A stretch of DNA of 64,000 bases from Prasinococcaceae sp. CCMP 1430 (taxonomy: Eukaryota; Plantae; Prasinodermophyta): positions 248,497-312,496 of the forward strand of contig RQSC01000008.1 of NCBI GenBank assembly GCA_013416795.1, written 5' to 3'. Made by a program: the position numbers and the translations under genes. The notes below the pieces were generated by a model. That model was not told the DNA's origin. It did no database searches and saw only the letters and a program-made list of their open reading frames with translations. Positions 11,058-22,180 of the stretch are shown piece after piece. Every line of letters starts with the position of its first letter. Positions within the stretch are counted from its first letter, which is position 1.

Positions 11058-11215
11058 CAAAGTAGCGCCTACACCCTTCTCTCGTAATAATGCCATCCTA
11101 ATGCATTCTGCCTCAAGCAAGCGCCGCCAGCAGCGCACAAGACAGCCGTCCGGTGCGGAAGAAAACGTACAGTAATAATGTACTTGATACAAAAAGGCCG
11201 CTGTCGCGACTCTCT

Positions 11216-11964
11216 CTACCTAAGGCCCGAGAGCGGCGCCACCCCCGGCACCCCGTGAAGTGCTTCCACGACTGCGCTGGCAATAGTTGTGTACTCCGCC
11301 ATCGCACCATCGCCGACGTCACCGCAGGCGAGCTCCTTGACGACGGTCGGCACCACGCGCGCCCCGAGCTCGCGCAGCACACCGAGTTGTTTCTCGGTGA
11401 ACGGCGACTCCCACATGAAAGTGTTCATCGCCGGGGCAACGAGCACTGGACTAGAGAAGTCCCACGCGCGAAAGACACACGTCACGAGGTTGTCCGCCAG
11501 GCCGTGAGCACATTTGGCGAGTGAGTTGGCGCTCAGCGGTGCCAGGACGAGCGCATCAGCCCAACGGCGCAACTCGATATGAAGCACCGGGTCACCAACC
11601 TGCATGTGGGCCGGCGGTGTGGTCAGCGGGGGAAGGCGACAACGATCGCTTTCAGGTGCTACCATCCTACAATCTCAAACGCGCCACGGGGTCTCCGCGG
11701 CGTCGACAGGTCCCCACGCACCTTTTGCCACGGACCCCATTCATCGTGGTCGGTGAGGACCTCGAACCCGTCGGCGCACAGCGCGGCCGCGTCGAAGAAT
11801 GCCAGCGCTCGTTCGCTCGCCGCGATGCGCACGTCGGCACCTGCTGCGCGCAGTGCGCCGGCAAGCAGCGGCAGCTTGAGCGCCGCGACCGAGCCCGTGG
11901 CTCCGAGCAGGACGCGAGCGCGGCGCGGCGGCGGCAGCGACGTCGGCGGCGCAGGCTCGCACAT
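11216..11964 (-). CDS. PPCDC: Phosphopantothenoylcysteine decarboxylase (HAL3-like flavoprotein); exons 11964-11722 and 11599-11216
   Basis: VLLGATGSVAA, DEW..W.K|VGDPVLHIELRRWAD, APLSANSLAK, APAMNTFMW and LACGDVGDGAM motifs. Confidence 0.93.
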
Positions 11965-12548
11965 GAACGTGCGCTTCCGCGTGCACGCGCTGCGCGCCCG
12001 CGCGGCGCGGCGGGGTAAATCGAAGGGAGGCACAGGGGTGGACAAGGCAGGGCGCGCTCCCGCGGGGGCCGCGCGGGCTCCCCGCCCCGCGGCGGCGTGC
12101 GGCCGCGCCCTTCTGCCACCGCCGCCCGACTGTGGGCCCGCACACCCGCAGCGCAGGTCGCACCCGGTTTCCCGCTATGCGCCTTGTCCAGCGCGGGACG
12201 AACCCCGATGGTACCCTAAATACCCGCGGGGCGGCAAGCGCGTTTGCTCGAGTTCTTTTTGACCTGAGGAACGCCGCGAACCCCATCGGCCTCTCTCTCC
12301 TCCGTGCGAACGCGAATTCGCACGGCGGCTCTTGAGCCGAGACTGTTGAGCGCGTGGCGGGGGCCGCGCCCTGCCAGAGCGCGGGCGACATCGAGCAGAG
12401 CCATCGCCGACCGGCGGCTGTGCGGGGGCGGACCGCCTGACTGACTGCCTGCGAGGGTCGGGCCGCGCGCGGCTGGGCGGTTGCCGGGCACGAGCGGCCT
12501 CGCGCGGCGGCCGTGCGCGAAAGCGCGCGTGCAAAGGCGCGTGCCGTG

Positions 12549-13448
12549 ATGTGGCCGGATGTCGATGTGGACGTGTTGGAGGACGGGCGCTACGTGGTGG
12601 AGTGCTCGCCAGAGTACAAGCTCTGGGTGAAGCGCCACTTCGGCGGCGGCGTGCAGGCCAAAGCCAAGTGGGATGCGCGCACCGACGAGTGGAACGTGTC
12701 GGCGACGGCGGGCGGGGCTGGGGGGCTGCGCAAGGTGCGAGCGAGCGTTGGCGCGGGGCAGAGCGTAGGTCGGGACGGAGGATGCTCGCATGGTTTGGGG
12801 GGCGAGGATGGCTGAGTGAGTCGGGGCCCACACGATCGCGATGGTGGGGGAGGCTGTGTGTCAGTGACTGCGCTTGCGTCCGCATCTGTTCGCTCCAAGG
12901 AGGCCGGGCGTGGCTCCAGCGCGTGGAGACTGGGGCTGACACACGCTTCCCACCCAGGTCAAGTTCACGCCGAGAACGGGCAAGCTTGAGCTTCACACCC
13001 GCAAGCTGGAGATGGGTCTGCTGAAGGCGAGCGGGGTGTTGACGCACGACGTGCAGAATAGACAAGTGAACTTTGCCTGGCGGTTGACGAGCAAATGGAG
13101 CGCAGACCGCGGCAAGGTGCGTGAGGCGCCCCGCGCTGCGGAATCACACGCTAGCGCCTGGGCGATGGGGGGGGCTGGGCGACGTCGGAGGCGCGCGATC
13201 ATTGCTGACGCCGCTAGTCTCGCTCACTGCTCTCGAGCATGCAGGTTGGCCGCAAGGAGAAAATACCCTTAGGCAGTGGGCTCACGGCGGACTACAAGTG
13301 GAGCTGCAGCTTCTCGCTGCCGGAGATGAGCGGTGGCACGGGCGGCAGTGGCGACGGCAGCGTGCAGGTGGACAAGGGAAAGTTCCGCTACACCATTAAA
13401 GAGATTGGGCTGGGTCTCACGCTGGGCAAGTCGAGCGACGAGCGGTGA
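12549..13448 (+). CDS. 182-aa beta-strand-rich protein of unknown function (possibly small beta-barrel); exons 12549-12734, 12958-13116, 13245-13448
   Basis: Three exons with high GC3, joined by phase-0 AAG|GTGCG...CAG introns. Alternating hydrophobic/polar strands (YKLWVKRHF, VNFAWRLTSKW, YKWSCSFSL, FRYTIKEIGLGLTL). Start codon uncertain. Confidence 0.65.
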
Positions 13449-15283
13449 TTTTATTGTCCGCAAGCAGCTCTCCAGAGTCGACACCCGCAGATACTATAAC
13501 AACCTTTTTGGTCTCCGCGCGCTCACTGAGAGAGGGGACCCCTTGCGCAAACTCGCGTGCTGGTGGCGCGCGAGCGCCAGCGGCGGCGTACAGCCAATTG
13601 TGCCAGTCTTGCACGAGACAGGTGCGGCACGCTCGGATCAGAGGGCGGCTGGTGGGGGCACCTGACTGCTGGCGGCACGGAGGGCGTCATGAGCAGTGTC
13701 CTGGCCGGCCTGCGCCGCTTTGGCTCGGATGGCACTGATGGCCAGCTCACGCTGATGCTGTGGTCAGAGGAGGCGCACTACTGCCGTACCAAAGGCGGCT
13801 GGCATGCTAGGAGGCCCTCCTGTCATCCGTTCGCGCGGCCGCACACGGACCCCACGGGTGGCCTCCGTCCCGAACCATCGATCGGGTTAGAAATCCACAT
13901 ATTTGGGGTTCATTTCCCCAGCAGGAGAGTGAGGGTCCGGGAGAGGAAACTTTCCCAAGGAACCACCGAGCGCTCACTGGCCCCACGCACACAGAAGCGG
14001 CTCGTGCACGCTGCTGCGTGCGGCGCGAGCGCGAGCCAGCACGATAGGAGTGTGTGTGTGAGAGACGCCGCGGCGCGGCGGGAGGTGGTAGTCCTAGCCG
14101 CTGGCTCGTATTGCCGCCAGCCAGGCTGCCGCGCGACGACGCCGGTGCGCCTCCCGCGCCGCAACCCGTCCTGCACCCCCGTCCTGCGCCCCTCCACACC
14201 GCACGGCCGCCGGCGCCCCGGGCTCCGCGCCCCGCGCTCCCTCCGTCGGCGCCAGCCAGCCAGCGCCACCCAGGCTGGTTGCAGCGCCGCGCCCGCGGCA
14301 GCACACGGGTGCGTGCACTACGCACAAGCCCGCTGTCGATCGAGCCTGCTGTCGATCGAGCCTCGTCGACGAAGACTCTCCCCTCCCTCCCTCCAGCCGG
14401 CCAGCCAGGGCGTGCATCCTGGCTGGCGGCCTGACGTTGCACCACGTGGCCAGCAACGCGACTTGGCGGATGGCGACGGAGGGGTGCCGAGCGAACGTTC
14501 CACTCAGAATGAACACAGAACAAATCAAAGGGGAATCCTTTTTTTTTTTTTTTTTGCCCGGCCCGGCCGCGGCCGGCCGCGTCGCGCGGCCTCATCCAAA
14601 CCGGGTGGCGCGCGCCTGCGTTCTGATGGGCGCCCCATCCACCGCGAGCGGCGCGCGCGGCGAAAAAAAAAAAAACGCGCGCGAGACGCGTTCGGACGCC
14701 TCGTCGAGCGCGGGGCGAGCCGCGTCGTCGTCTCGCCGCCTGCGCCCGCTGGGGAACGGGCCACACGCCGCCGAAACGAGGGGCCGAGAGCCCCTGATCG
14801 GCGCTGCTGCGATTTTCGCGCCGCCGCTCCGCGCGACCCGCTGCTGCTGCGGCCCCTCCGGCCGGGGTTCGAAACGGATTCGCGCGCTCCGGACGCGCCA
14901 CGAGAGCATTGCGGAACCCGCGGTGGGTCCTCGATCCGGGTCCGGAAACGCGCCCGGCGCCGCGCGACGCCGCGGCTTCGCCCCCCCTCTCCCCATTCCT
15001 ATTCCCATTCTCATCAGACCCTACGAATTCTGTCAGAGGCGCATGCGGCGGCCGTCGACGATCGAATCGAGGGGCGTTCGTTCGCGCTGCGGGCCGCTGC
15101 GCGTTTGCGTTTCCATCCGGATTCCGTTTTGGGGAGTGCGCGCGCCGGCGTGCGTTCGGGCCTTCGCGCGATTGATTGGGTGGTTGGTTGGTATCGGATG
15201 GTAGACTGCCGTCCCATCTGACGGCAGTGCGGCGGGAAGCGCGGGCGCGGGGCCGCGCCGATCGGTCGGCGCGTGCGCGCGCG

Positions 15284-15308
15284 CTCTGCTCTGCTCTGCT
15301 CTGCTCTG
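15284..15308 (+). repeat. (CTCTG)5 microsatellite upstream of CURT1
   Basis: Read directly. Confidence 0.8.
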
Positions 15309-15507
15309 CGGTGCCATCCGTGCGGTGCAGGGTGCTCGTCGGCGCGATTGCGTCCCCAATCCGCTTCGGCGGCCGCGAAAGTTCGCGCCTTTCCGCGCGC
15401 GCGAAAGCGCCGGGCGGAAAGGCGCGGGAGGGGCCGGGGAAGGGTGGCGCGGGGGGGCGACGTTTCGCGGCGCGCGCGCGGCATGTTGGCGAAGTCGAAA
15501 GCCCCCA

Positions 15508-16299
15508 GGTCCTCCTCGATGCCGAGCAGGCGGCGGGCGCGCGCCGGCGCACCGAAAGATTCCGCGCGCCCGCGCCGGTCGCCGCGCGCCGCTCGGTGGC
15601 CGTCGCCGCCGACTCCAAGTCGGCCGCCGCCGACAAGGCGTCCGAGCTGCTCGACACCGTGTCCGACGCGTGGGACAAGACCGAGGACAAGGCCTCCGTC
15701 GTCACCCTCGGCTCCACGGCGCTGATCGCGCTGTGGGTCGCCACCGGTGTCGTCGCGTACGTCGACAAGGTGAGAGCGCGCGACTCGAGGGGAAAGGGCG
15801 CGAGGCGGGGCGAGCGATGTGTGCGCGTGGCCGCGTGTGTGGTGGCGGCGGGCAAGGGTTGCGAGCCTCGGCACCAGCGCTCGCCATGTGGGCGCGATTC
15901 GAGAGCTGCTCGACCGTGGCGTGGCCACCGCGCGCCGATTGTCCGCGCGAGCGCTCCGAGTTTCTCCCAGGGGCGAATGTCGCGGTCCCAGGCGAGCGCG
16001 GAGGGCCGACGGGGGCGCGGCGCCGCACCAGCGCGTGGCCGCGGATGTGCGCAGAGTGCTGACGCCGTTGTGCCGCAACATCGCGCGTCTGATGATCCTC
16101 GCTGCGCTCCTCGCTCGCCGTCCGATGACGCGCACGCGCGCTCCCCTCCGGCCGCCAACAGCTGCCCCTCCTCCCGTTCATCTTCGAGCTCGTGGGCATC
16201 AGCTACAGCGGTTACTTCGTGTACCGCTACCTGCTCTTCAAGCCCGACCGCGAGGAGCTGGGCGAGAAGATCGACGACATCAAGAGCAAGATCTTCTAA
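15508..16299 (+). CDS. CURT1: CURVATURE THYLAKOID 1 (CAAD domain) protein; last exons about 15508-15769 and 16162-16299, start and transit-peptide exons uncertain
   Basis: ELLDTVSDAWDKTEDK...IALWVATGVVAYVDK|LPLLPFIFELVGISYSGYFVYRYLLFKPDREEL is the CURT1 core. Intron 15770-16161. Confidence 0.9.
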
Positions 16300-16762
16300 G
16301 CTGCGGCGTTTGGTACCCCAACCAATGCCACACGTGTGACTGACCGTGTGCGTCGCATCTGCCCGCCAGTACCAATGCTGCAGCGAGTGGTGTCGGTCCC
16401 TCGCCTGGCCCTACGAACGGCAGGACCGGTAGCGAGATAGGAGACTCAAGAGAGTGCGCCTAGACGGCTGCACGCACGCTCACTCGGGACGAATGCTGTA
16501 AACGGCCGTTGGAACATGTACAATCACGAACACACCCCCACCCAACCCCCTTTCGCGATGCGAGCGGCTTGCCACCACAAGCGCTGCCTCGGATGGGGGA
16601 ACCTGCGCGAGCGGCTGATACCGTGAGCGCTGGTTGGGCGCGCGTTGTCACACAGCGCAACATCGCATCGCGGGCATGCTTGTATTACAGTACAGTGTGG
16701 CGCTTGGTGGCGCTGTGAGCGGCTGATGCGCGCGCCCTAGAGCGCGCACATGTCCACGCCCG

Positions 16763-18121
16763 TCACGAGCACGCGCGCCGGTCGTTCTTGGTGACGATGA
16801 CGTTGTGCCGCAGCAGCGCGCCGCGCAGCAGCAGCGCGCGCGTCTCCATCTCATACGACTGCCCTGCTTTGAGCGCTCCTGCAAATGTGCTCGCACGTTT
16901 GTCCGAGCGGCGCGCGTACAGCACGCCGCCGTGCGAGTCTATGCGGGCGTTGATCTTGCCATCCGCGATGAGCGCGGCGAGCTCCTTCTGCAGCTCGGCT
17001 ACAGTCGTGTGGAACGCGGTCGCCATACGGCTGAGCTCAACCGAGCTGAACGGGGTCGCATACTGGATGAGCGCGCGCTGCCGGATCTGCGCGTACAGCG
17101 CGTCGACGTGATCGTGCAGGTGGATGTCCATCTTGAGGTCCGCCTTGAGCGTGCGAAGCGAATCCAGGCAGCTGGCGTAGCGGCTAGCATAGAAGTCGCC
17201 CACGAGCTCACGCACAGATGGCGTCAGCTCGAGCATGGAACGGAACGACACGCTGTCGAGCACGCGCGTCTTGAGCTCGGAGCGCTCGAAGGTCGCGAGC
17301 GCGCAAATGGCACCATATGTCGCGATGTCCGTTGGCGCGATCACGTCGTTGTAGGAGTTGCCAAGCTCGGCGGGCACCCCGCAGAGCGTGCGCGCCGCCG
17401 CCTTGTACTTGCGTTGCGCAAGTTGCGCAAGGCCTGCCGCCGCGGCAAGCTTCGCCGCTACCATAGGATCAGTGCCAACCTCCGGGGTCGCTTCCGCCTT
17501 CTGCACATAGTTGGCCACGTGCAGATAGTTCCCCATCTCGATCGACACTCGCACCACGCTCAAGCACATACCCACGATGTGCTTCGCCGTCGTGCAAAAG
17601 TCGCGCGTGCGCACAAAGCACTTCAAAGCCGACTTGAGGTCGCCGCGTTCGTAGTGGAACTCACCGAGGTCATGGTGGCCCATCCGGATGGATTCCTTGA
17701 TGAGGTTATTGCGGTACCCATTGAGTTCGGACTCCAGCTTGGCCAGGCGTGCTGCCGCGCGCGCATCCGCCGCGGAGAGCCATGCTGCATCCCCCGCCGC
17801 ATGCCCCCCAGCCTCGAGGCGCGCTGCTGCTTCACGATAAGTCGCGAGGTCCTCATCCGCCTTCGCCTCAGAGAGGACCTCCTTGAGCGCGGAGGCGCGC
17901 GCGGCCTCCGGCAGGCGGGTCGACACAAAGAGCAGCCTGCGCGTGCGCGCGTGGCCGCGGTACACAGACGCGTGCGCCTCCCAGTCGAAGGATAAGTTCA
18001 AGTCCTCCTGCTGTTGCGCTTGCACCTGTTGCGCGCCCATGCCTGTGCCCGCCTCCCCACCACCGTTGCTGTTGCCTCCGGCATCAACGGCGCCCGCCGC
18101 GCCATCGGCAGAGAGGTCCAT
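16763..18121 (-). CDS. CSN1: COP9 signalosome subunit 1
   Basis: KLESELNGYRNNLIKESIRMGHHDLGEFHY..GDL..ALKCFVRTRDFCT (RPN7-like domain) and a PCI domain (DIHLHDHV..LY..IRQRALIQY...ARIDSH). Confidence 0.95.
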   Translation of the reverse strand: MDLSADGAAGAVDAGGNSNGGGEAGTGMGAQQVQAQQQEDLNLSFDWEAHASVYRGHARTRRLLFVSTRLPEAARASALKEVLSEAKADEDLATYREAAARLEAGGHAAGDAAWLSAADARAAARLAKLESELNGYRNNLIKESIRMGHHDLGEFHYERGDLKSALKCFVRTRDFCTTAKHIVGMCLSVVRVSIEMGNYLHVANYVQKAEATPEVGTDPMVAAKLAAAAGLAQLAQRKYKAAARTLCGVPAELGNSYNDVIAPTDIATYGAICALATFERSELKTRVLDSVSFRSMLELTPSVRELVGDFYASRYASCLDSLRTLKADLKMDIHLHDHVDALYAQIRQRALIQYATPFSSVELSRMATAFHTTVAELQKELAALIADGKINARIDSHGGVLYARRSDKRASTFAGALKAGQSYEMETRALLLRGALLRHNVIVTKNDRRACS

Positions 18122-18537
18122 GCCATGCGTGGCCGCGGCGGCACCCGGCGCGCGCAGCGGCGCGCCCGGCGGAGAGCCTGCTGCCTCACGCCAGTCGACA
18201 CGCCCCGCAGCGAGGGAAGACACCCCTCAGCCCAGGGCCGCGCTTGGCCGCCGTGCGCGCGCGCCCCTGCCCGCCCCGTGCGCGCTGTGGGCGAGCGCAA
18301 CACCGGCGTCAAGCTGCCGTGTCGCGACGCACAGCACATTTGAGGCGCATTTGCATTTCCTTCCCGTTGATGGTCGAACGCGTTCACAACTTGCTTTTTG
18401 CCATTCACGCCCCGATTTTCCACCGTGGAAATGGTCCCCAAAAGTTTTTTCCCCCAGCCTCGCCTGGCCCGCGCCGCCAGGGCCGGCGGCCACAGCGCGC
18501 GCTCGGCGCAGCGCGGGCGCGGGGCCCGCCGGCCGCC

Positions 18538-19892
18538 ATGCTGCAGGTGCGGCGCACCGCGAGCCGCGTGACGAGCTTCAAGAAGGTGCGCCTGCCGGGC
18601 ATGCCTGGCGGGCGGGTCGCGTGCGCCGACATGGGCTCGCCGCTCGACGCGTGCCACGAGGAGCTCTCCGCTGCGCCGCCGCTGTACGCGACTCTCATAC
18701 ACACCGCCGTGCGCATGGACGTCGACGTGGCGACCCGCGAGCGGCTTGCGCGAGGATGCCTGGGGAAGATCGTCAAGGGCGAGGGCGGGGACGCCTCCGC
18801 GCCAGCCGTGGGCGGCGGCAGTGCTGGCGGCGCGGTGGCCCTCCCCGCGGCAGTCGTGCCCACGGAGCCGCTGCAGCTGTCCCCAGAGGAAACGTTCTTC
18901 ATGGCGCACAATCTGCGGTGCCTGCGAGTCACGCGCCTGGGCGATGCTGCACCGATGAGCTCCGCTGAGCTCTGGCGTGAGCTCGTGCGCCTCGTGCCGC
19001 GCTTTGCATACACGTACACGGCTTTCGTGCACTTCCGCGCGGCCGGCTGGATGGCGCGGCCGGGCCTCCAGTTTGGCGCAGACATGGTGCTCTACCGCAG
19101 ACATCCCGAATACGTACACTCGGACTACGCTGCCATTGTGCTACCACCGGGCAAGCATGAGGTGCCCTTCCTCGAGATGCAGGCGATTGGAAGGATGTGC
19201 GAGCAGGTCAACAAGGTGCGAGCTGGACCGCGGAGCGGTGCGCTGCCGCCCATCCCACCGCTGCTAGCCTGTGCTCGCGCCCGTGCGAGGGCACGCGCTG
19301 ACGCGTGCACCGCCGTGCGCTTGCGCGCGAACGCGCTCCGCAGGGTGTGATCTACGCCTACGTCAGTGCAACTGAGGGCTTCGTAGGGCCCGCAGAGCAG
19401 GGGGTCGGTGTGCTGGAGCATCTAGCGGTCGAGCTGGTCGAGGTGTCGCGCTTCCTGCAGGAGAAACACCGCAACCAGAGCGGGCCAGTGCGCGGGGAAA
19501 CGCAGGCTGACCTCGACGTTGCCCTTCGCCGCGTGGATGGCTTCGAGATGAGCGAGGGGGAGCTCAGGCGGCTGCTGCCGCCGGAGCTCTTCCCGAAGGA
19601 GGAGGTGCGTCCGCGCAGCGCGATCGCGCTGGCGGGCACACGCGCTGGCGGTAGCGCTCTGACACGTATGAGCGCCGTGCGCGCGCCGTCATGGCTGTCG
19701 CGCGCGGCACAGGGCGATGAGGGCGACGAGGACGGGAGCGACAAGGGCCAAAACGGCCAAGAGGGGGAGCGCGCTACGCCCGAGGGCGGCAAGAAGCTCA
19801 AGGGGGAACATCCTAAGCGCAAGAGTGGCGAGGCGGCGGGCGGGCGCGTCTTCTTCGCCAAGGGTACGCTCCCAAAGAAGCAGCGGAGGTAG
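18538..19892 (+). CDS. SEN2: tRNA-splicing endonuclease catalytic subunit Sen2; exons 18538-19215, 19344-19604, 19713-19892
   Basis: LQLSPEETFF, Y..F.HFR..GW..RPGLQFGADMVLYRRHP..VHSDY and R.CEQVNK supply the Tyr/His/Lys catalytic residues. Two GT-AG introns. Confidence 0.88.
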
Positions 19893-20041
19893 CGGCGTTC
19901 GCGCGTGCGTGTGCCCGCGCGTGCAATGGTAATAATGTGTGGGATGGCGGCCGTGACGCGCTGAGTCTGCGCGCTGGCGTGCGCATGGCGAATAGGTACA
20001 ATGCGCCGGAGCGTTACGAGCGCGAGCGGCGAGCGCCTCGC

Positions 20042-21457
20042 TCACTCGTTGGCGGCGGCCTTGCCCAGCTCGTGTGAGTAGGTGGCGAGGCGTCCGTCGG
20101 CGCCACCGCTCGCAACGGCGCTGCCACCGGTCCACGTTACGCACAGAGCCTTGCCCTCGTGCGCCTTGAGCGTATGCAGCGGCACGCTAGCGCGCACGTC
20201 CCACACCTTGACGCTGCCGTCGTGTGAGGACGAGGCGAGCAGGTGCCCCGCGCCGACGTGCGCGTCCGCCCATGCCACGCAGCTTACCCACGCAGTGTGC
20301 CCAGCGAGCCGCACGGCACCGGCGGTGGAGCCCGCTGCGCGCACATCCCACAGTTGCACGGCCGGGTCGACGCCACCCGTGGCGACGAGGCCGCCGCTGC
20401 CGCAGCGCTGCGCGTCGAGCGCGTGCACGGCCTTTGTGGCGTACAGCGGCGCGCGCGTCTCCTTGCCCGACTCGATGTCCCACAGCCGCAGGCTCCTATC
20501 CCAGGATGCCGTCACGGCCGCGCTGCTGCCGCCCTGCAGCCACGCGGCGCCCGAGACGCACTGCGAGTGCCCCTCGAGCGTCAGCAGCGCGCCGGCCCGA
20601 GAGGTGTGCGCCACGGCGTCGCCCCTGCTCGCGCCCTTCGCGCCCGCCCTGGCGCCGCGCGCGGTGCGCCTCCGCTTGGTGTCACCCTCGCCCTCACCCT
20701 CGTCGCCGTCACCGCCGTCGGCCTCGCCCTCGATGACGGAGGCGACGTCCCACAGCCGTGCGGCGCCGTCCCAGCCGCCGGTGAGCAGCCGGCGCCCGCC
20801 CGCGCCCGCGGCGACGCACTGCGCGGCGTCGGCATGCGCGTCAATTTCTGCGACGGCCTGCAGCTCTACCTTCCCACCGCCCGCGCGCGCAGCGCGCCAC
20901 AGCCGCACAGTCGCGTCCTTGGCAGCCGTGGCGACGAGTTCGCCCTTGGCGTCGCCGAGGGCCGCTGCTGCGACGACCGACGCGGAGTGCCCCGCGCAGC
21001 TGGCGAGAACGTCGCCGCTCGCTGGGTCGTGCAGGCGCACCACGCTGTCATAAGAGCCCGTGACCACGAGCGGCGCCGCGTCGCCACCTGGTGAGGCGGC
21101 GAGGCCCGCGACGGCGCCCACCCAGTCGCTCTGCTTCCGGCGGCTCTGCTGCTCCGGCGGCGCCGCCGCGGGCACGTACTCGAGCTCGACGACGCGCTCC
21201 GCCGAGAGGCCCTTGGCGAGCAGCGCGCCCTCGAGCGTCGTGCGCAGCAGCTCCCCCTCGATTAGGAAGTCGAACGGCCTCGTCCGCCCGCCACCCTTGC
21301 CTGCGGCCGCCAGCAGCGAGTTGACCACCTCGCTCAGGCCGTAGCGCGCCAGCCGCGCGGGCACCGCGAGCGGCGCCCGCGGCACGCGCAGCTCGTCGGG
21401 CAGCCGCGTCACGAAGCGCACCTGCTGCACATGGCCCTCCCCCGCGTCGTCCGCCAT
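20042..21457 (-). CDS. WDR12: Ribosome biogenesis protein WDR12/Ytm1 (UBL/NLE domain plus WD40 repeats), single exon
   Basis: VRFVTRL...PARLARYGLSEVVNSLL...FDFLIEGELLRTTL...GLSAERVVELEY, followed by WD40 repeats (GSYD, GGWD, ASWD, SSSHDGSVKVWD). Confidence 0.95.
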   Translation of the reverse strand: MADDAGEGHVQQVRFVTRLPDELRVPRAPLAVPARLARYGLSEVVNSLLAAAGKGGGRTRPFDFLIEGELLRTTLEGALLAKGLSAERVVELEYVPAAAPPEQQSRRKQSDWVGAVAGLAASPGGDAAPLVVTGSYDSVVRLHDPASGDVLASCAGHSASVVAAAALGDAKGELVATAAKDATVRLWRAARAGGGKVELQAVAEIDAHADAAQCVAAGAGGRRLLTGGWDGAARLWDVASVIEGEADGGDGDEGEGEGDTKRRRTARGARAGAKGASRGDAVAHTSRAGALLTLEGHSQCVSGAAWLQGGSSAAVTASWDRSLRLWDIESGKETRAPLYATKAVHALDAQRCGSGGLVATGGVDPAVQLWDVRAAGSTAGAVRLAGHTAWVSCVAWADAHVGAGHLLASSSHDGSVKVWDVRASVPLHTLKAHEGKALCVTWTGGSAVASGGADGRLATYSHELGKAAANE

Positions 21458-21809
21458 CGCGCCCCGCGGCTCCCCGTCCGCCCGGACGCGGCGGAGAGGA
21501 GGGTAGGAGGCGAGTAGGCGCGGAGGTCGCGGGGGGGGCCCGAGCGCGCCGCTCCTCCTCCGCGCGCGGGTCCCACCCCTCCCTGCTGGCCGCGCCCGGT
21601 GTGGCAGGCGGCGCTGGCGCCGCGGGCGGGGCGCAATGGCGTTTCACCTAGCCGCCGCAGCCGCCACGCGCGCGCCCGCGCAAGAATTAACCCTATCGAC
21701 GCCCGCCCGTGAAAACCCAAATTCGCGCGCAAGAGTTTGGGTTGGCTGTCGCGCGCCCACGCGCGCGCGCACGCACGCATCCCCGGCCGGCGGCGGAATC
21801 CTCCGTGGC

Positions 21810-22075
21810 GTACCCTGATGCTATGGATTCCATCAAAATATGTATGTATTTTGATATAATTGTGATTCCGCATATGTACAACAGAGCGCGGCGGCGCTTG
21901 AGGGTTCCATATATGCATCCGCGGTGACGCGCATTTTTTTTGGTGCGTTTTTTTGTGTAAATCGACTCAATTCTGCGGATGTGTAGATAATTCCGTTCTT
22001 TTTAAATATTTAGTCGAGTACAGAAGCGACGGACTGTGGCATCGAAATGTAAGAAAAAAATAAAAGCGCGAGATG
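21810..22075. promoter_or_regulatory. AT-rich island between divergent WDR12 and RPL27A
   Basis: Poly-T and poly-A tracts and AT enrichment between ATGs at 21457 (-) and 22181 (+). Confidence 0.45.
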
Positions 22076-22180
22076 AAGGCTGCGCGCGCCGTGGGGGCCC
22101 GCGCGGAGCGGTGTGTGGGCGCGCGCGCGCGGGGGTGTGCGCCACAGCGCTGCCTCCGAGCACTGCCGTCGCCGCTCGCC

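Noticed and set aside
13930-14005. GAGGAAAC...ACAGAAGCGGCTC resembling RNase P/MRP CR-I and CR-V
   Set aside because: The two elements are only about 45 nt apart and do not form P4; this is far too short.
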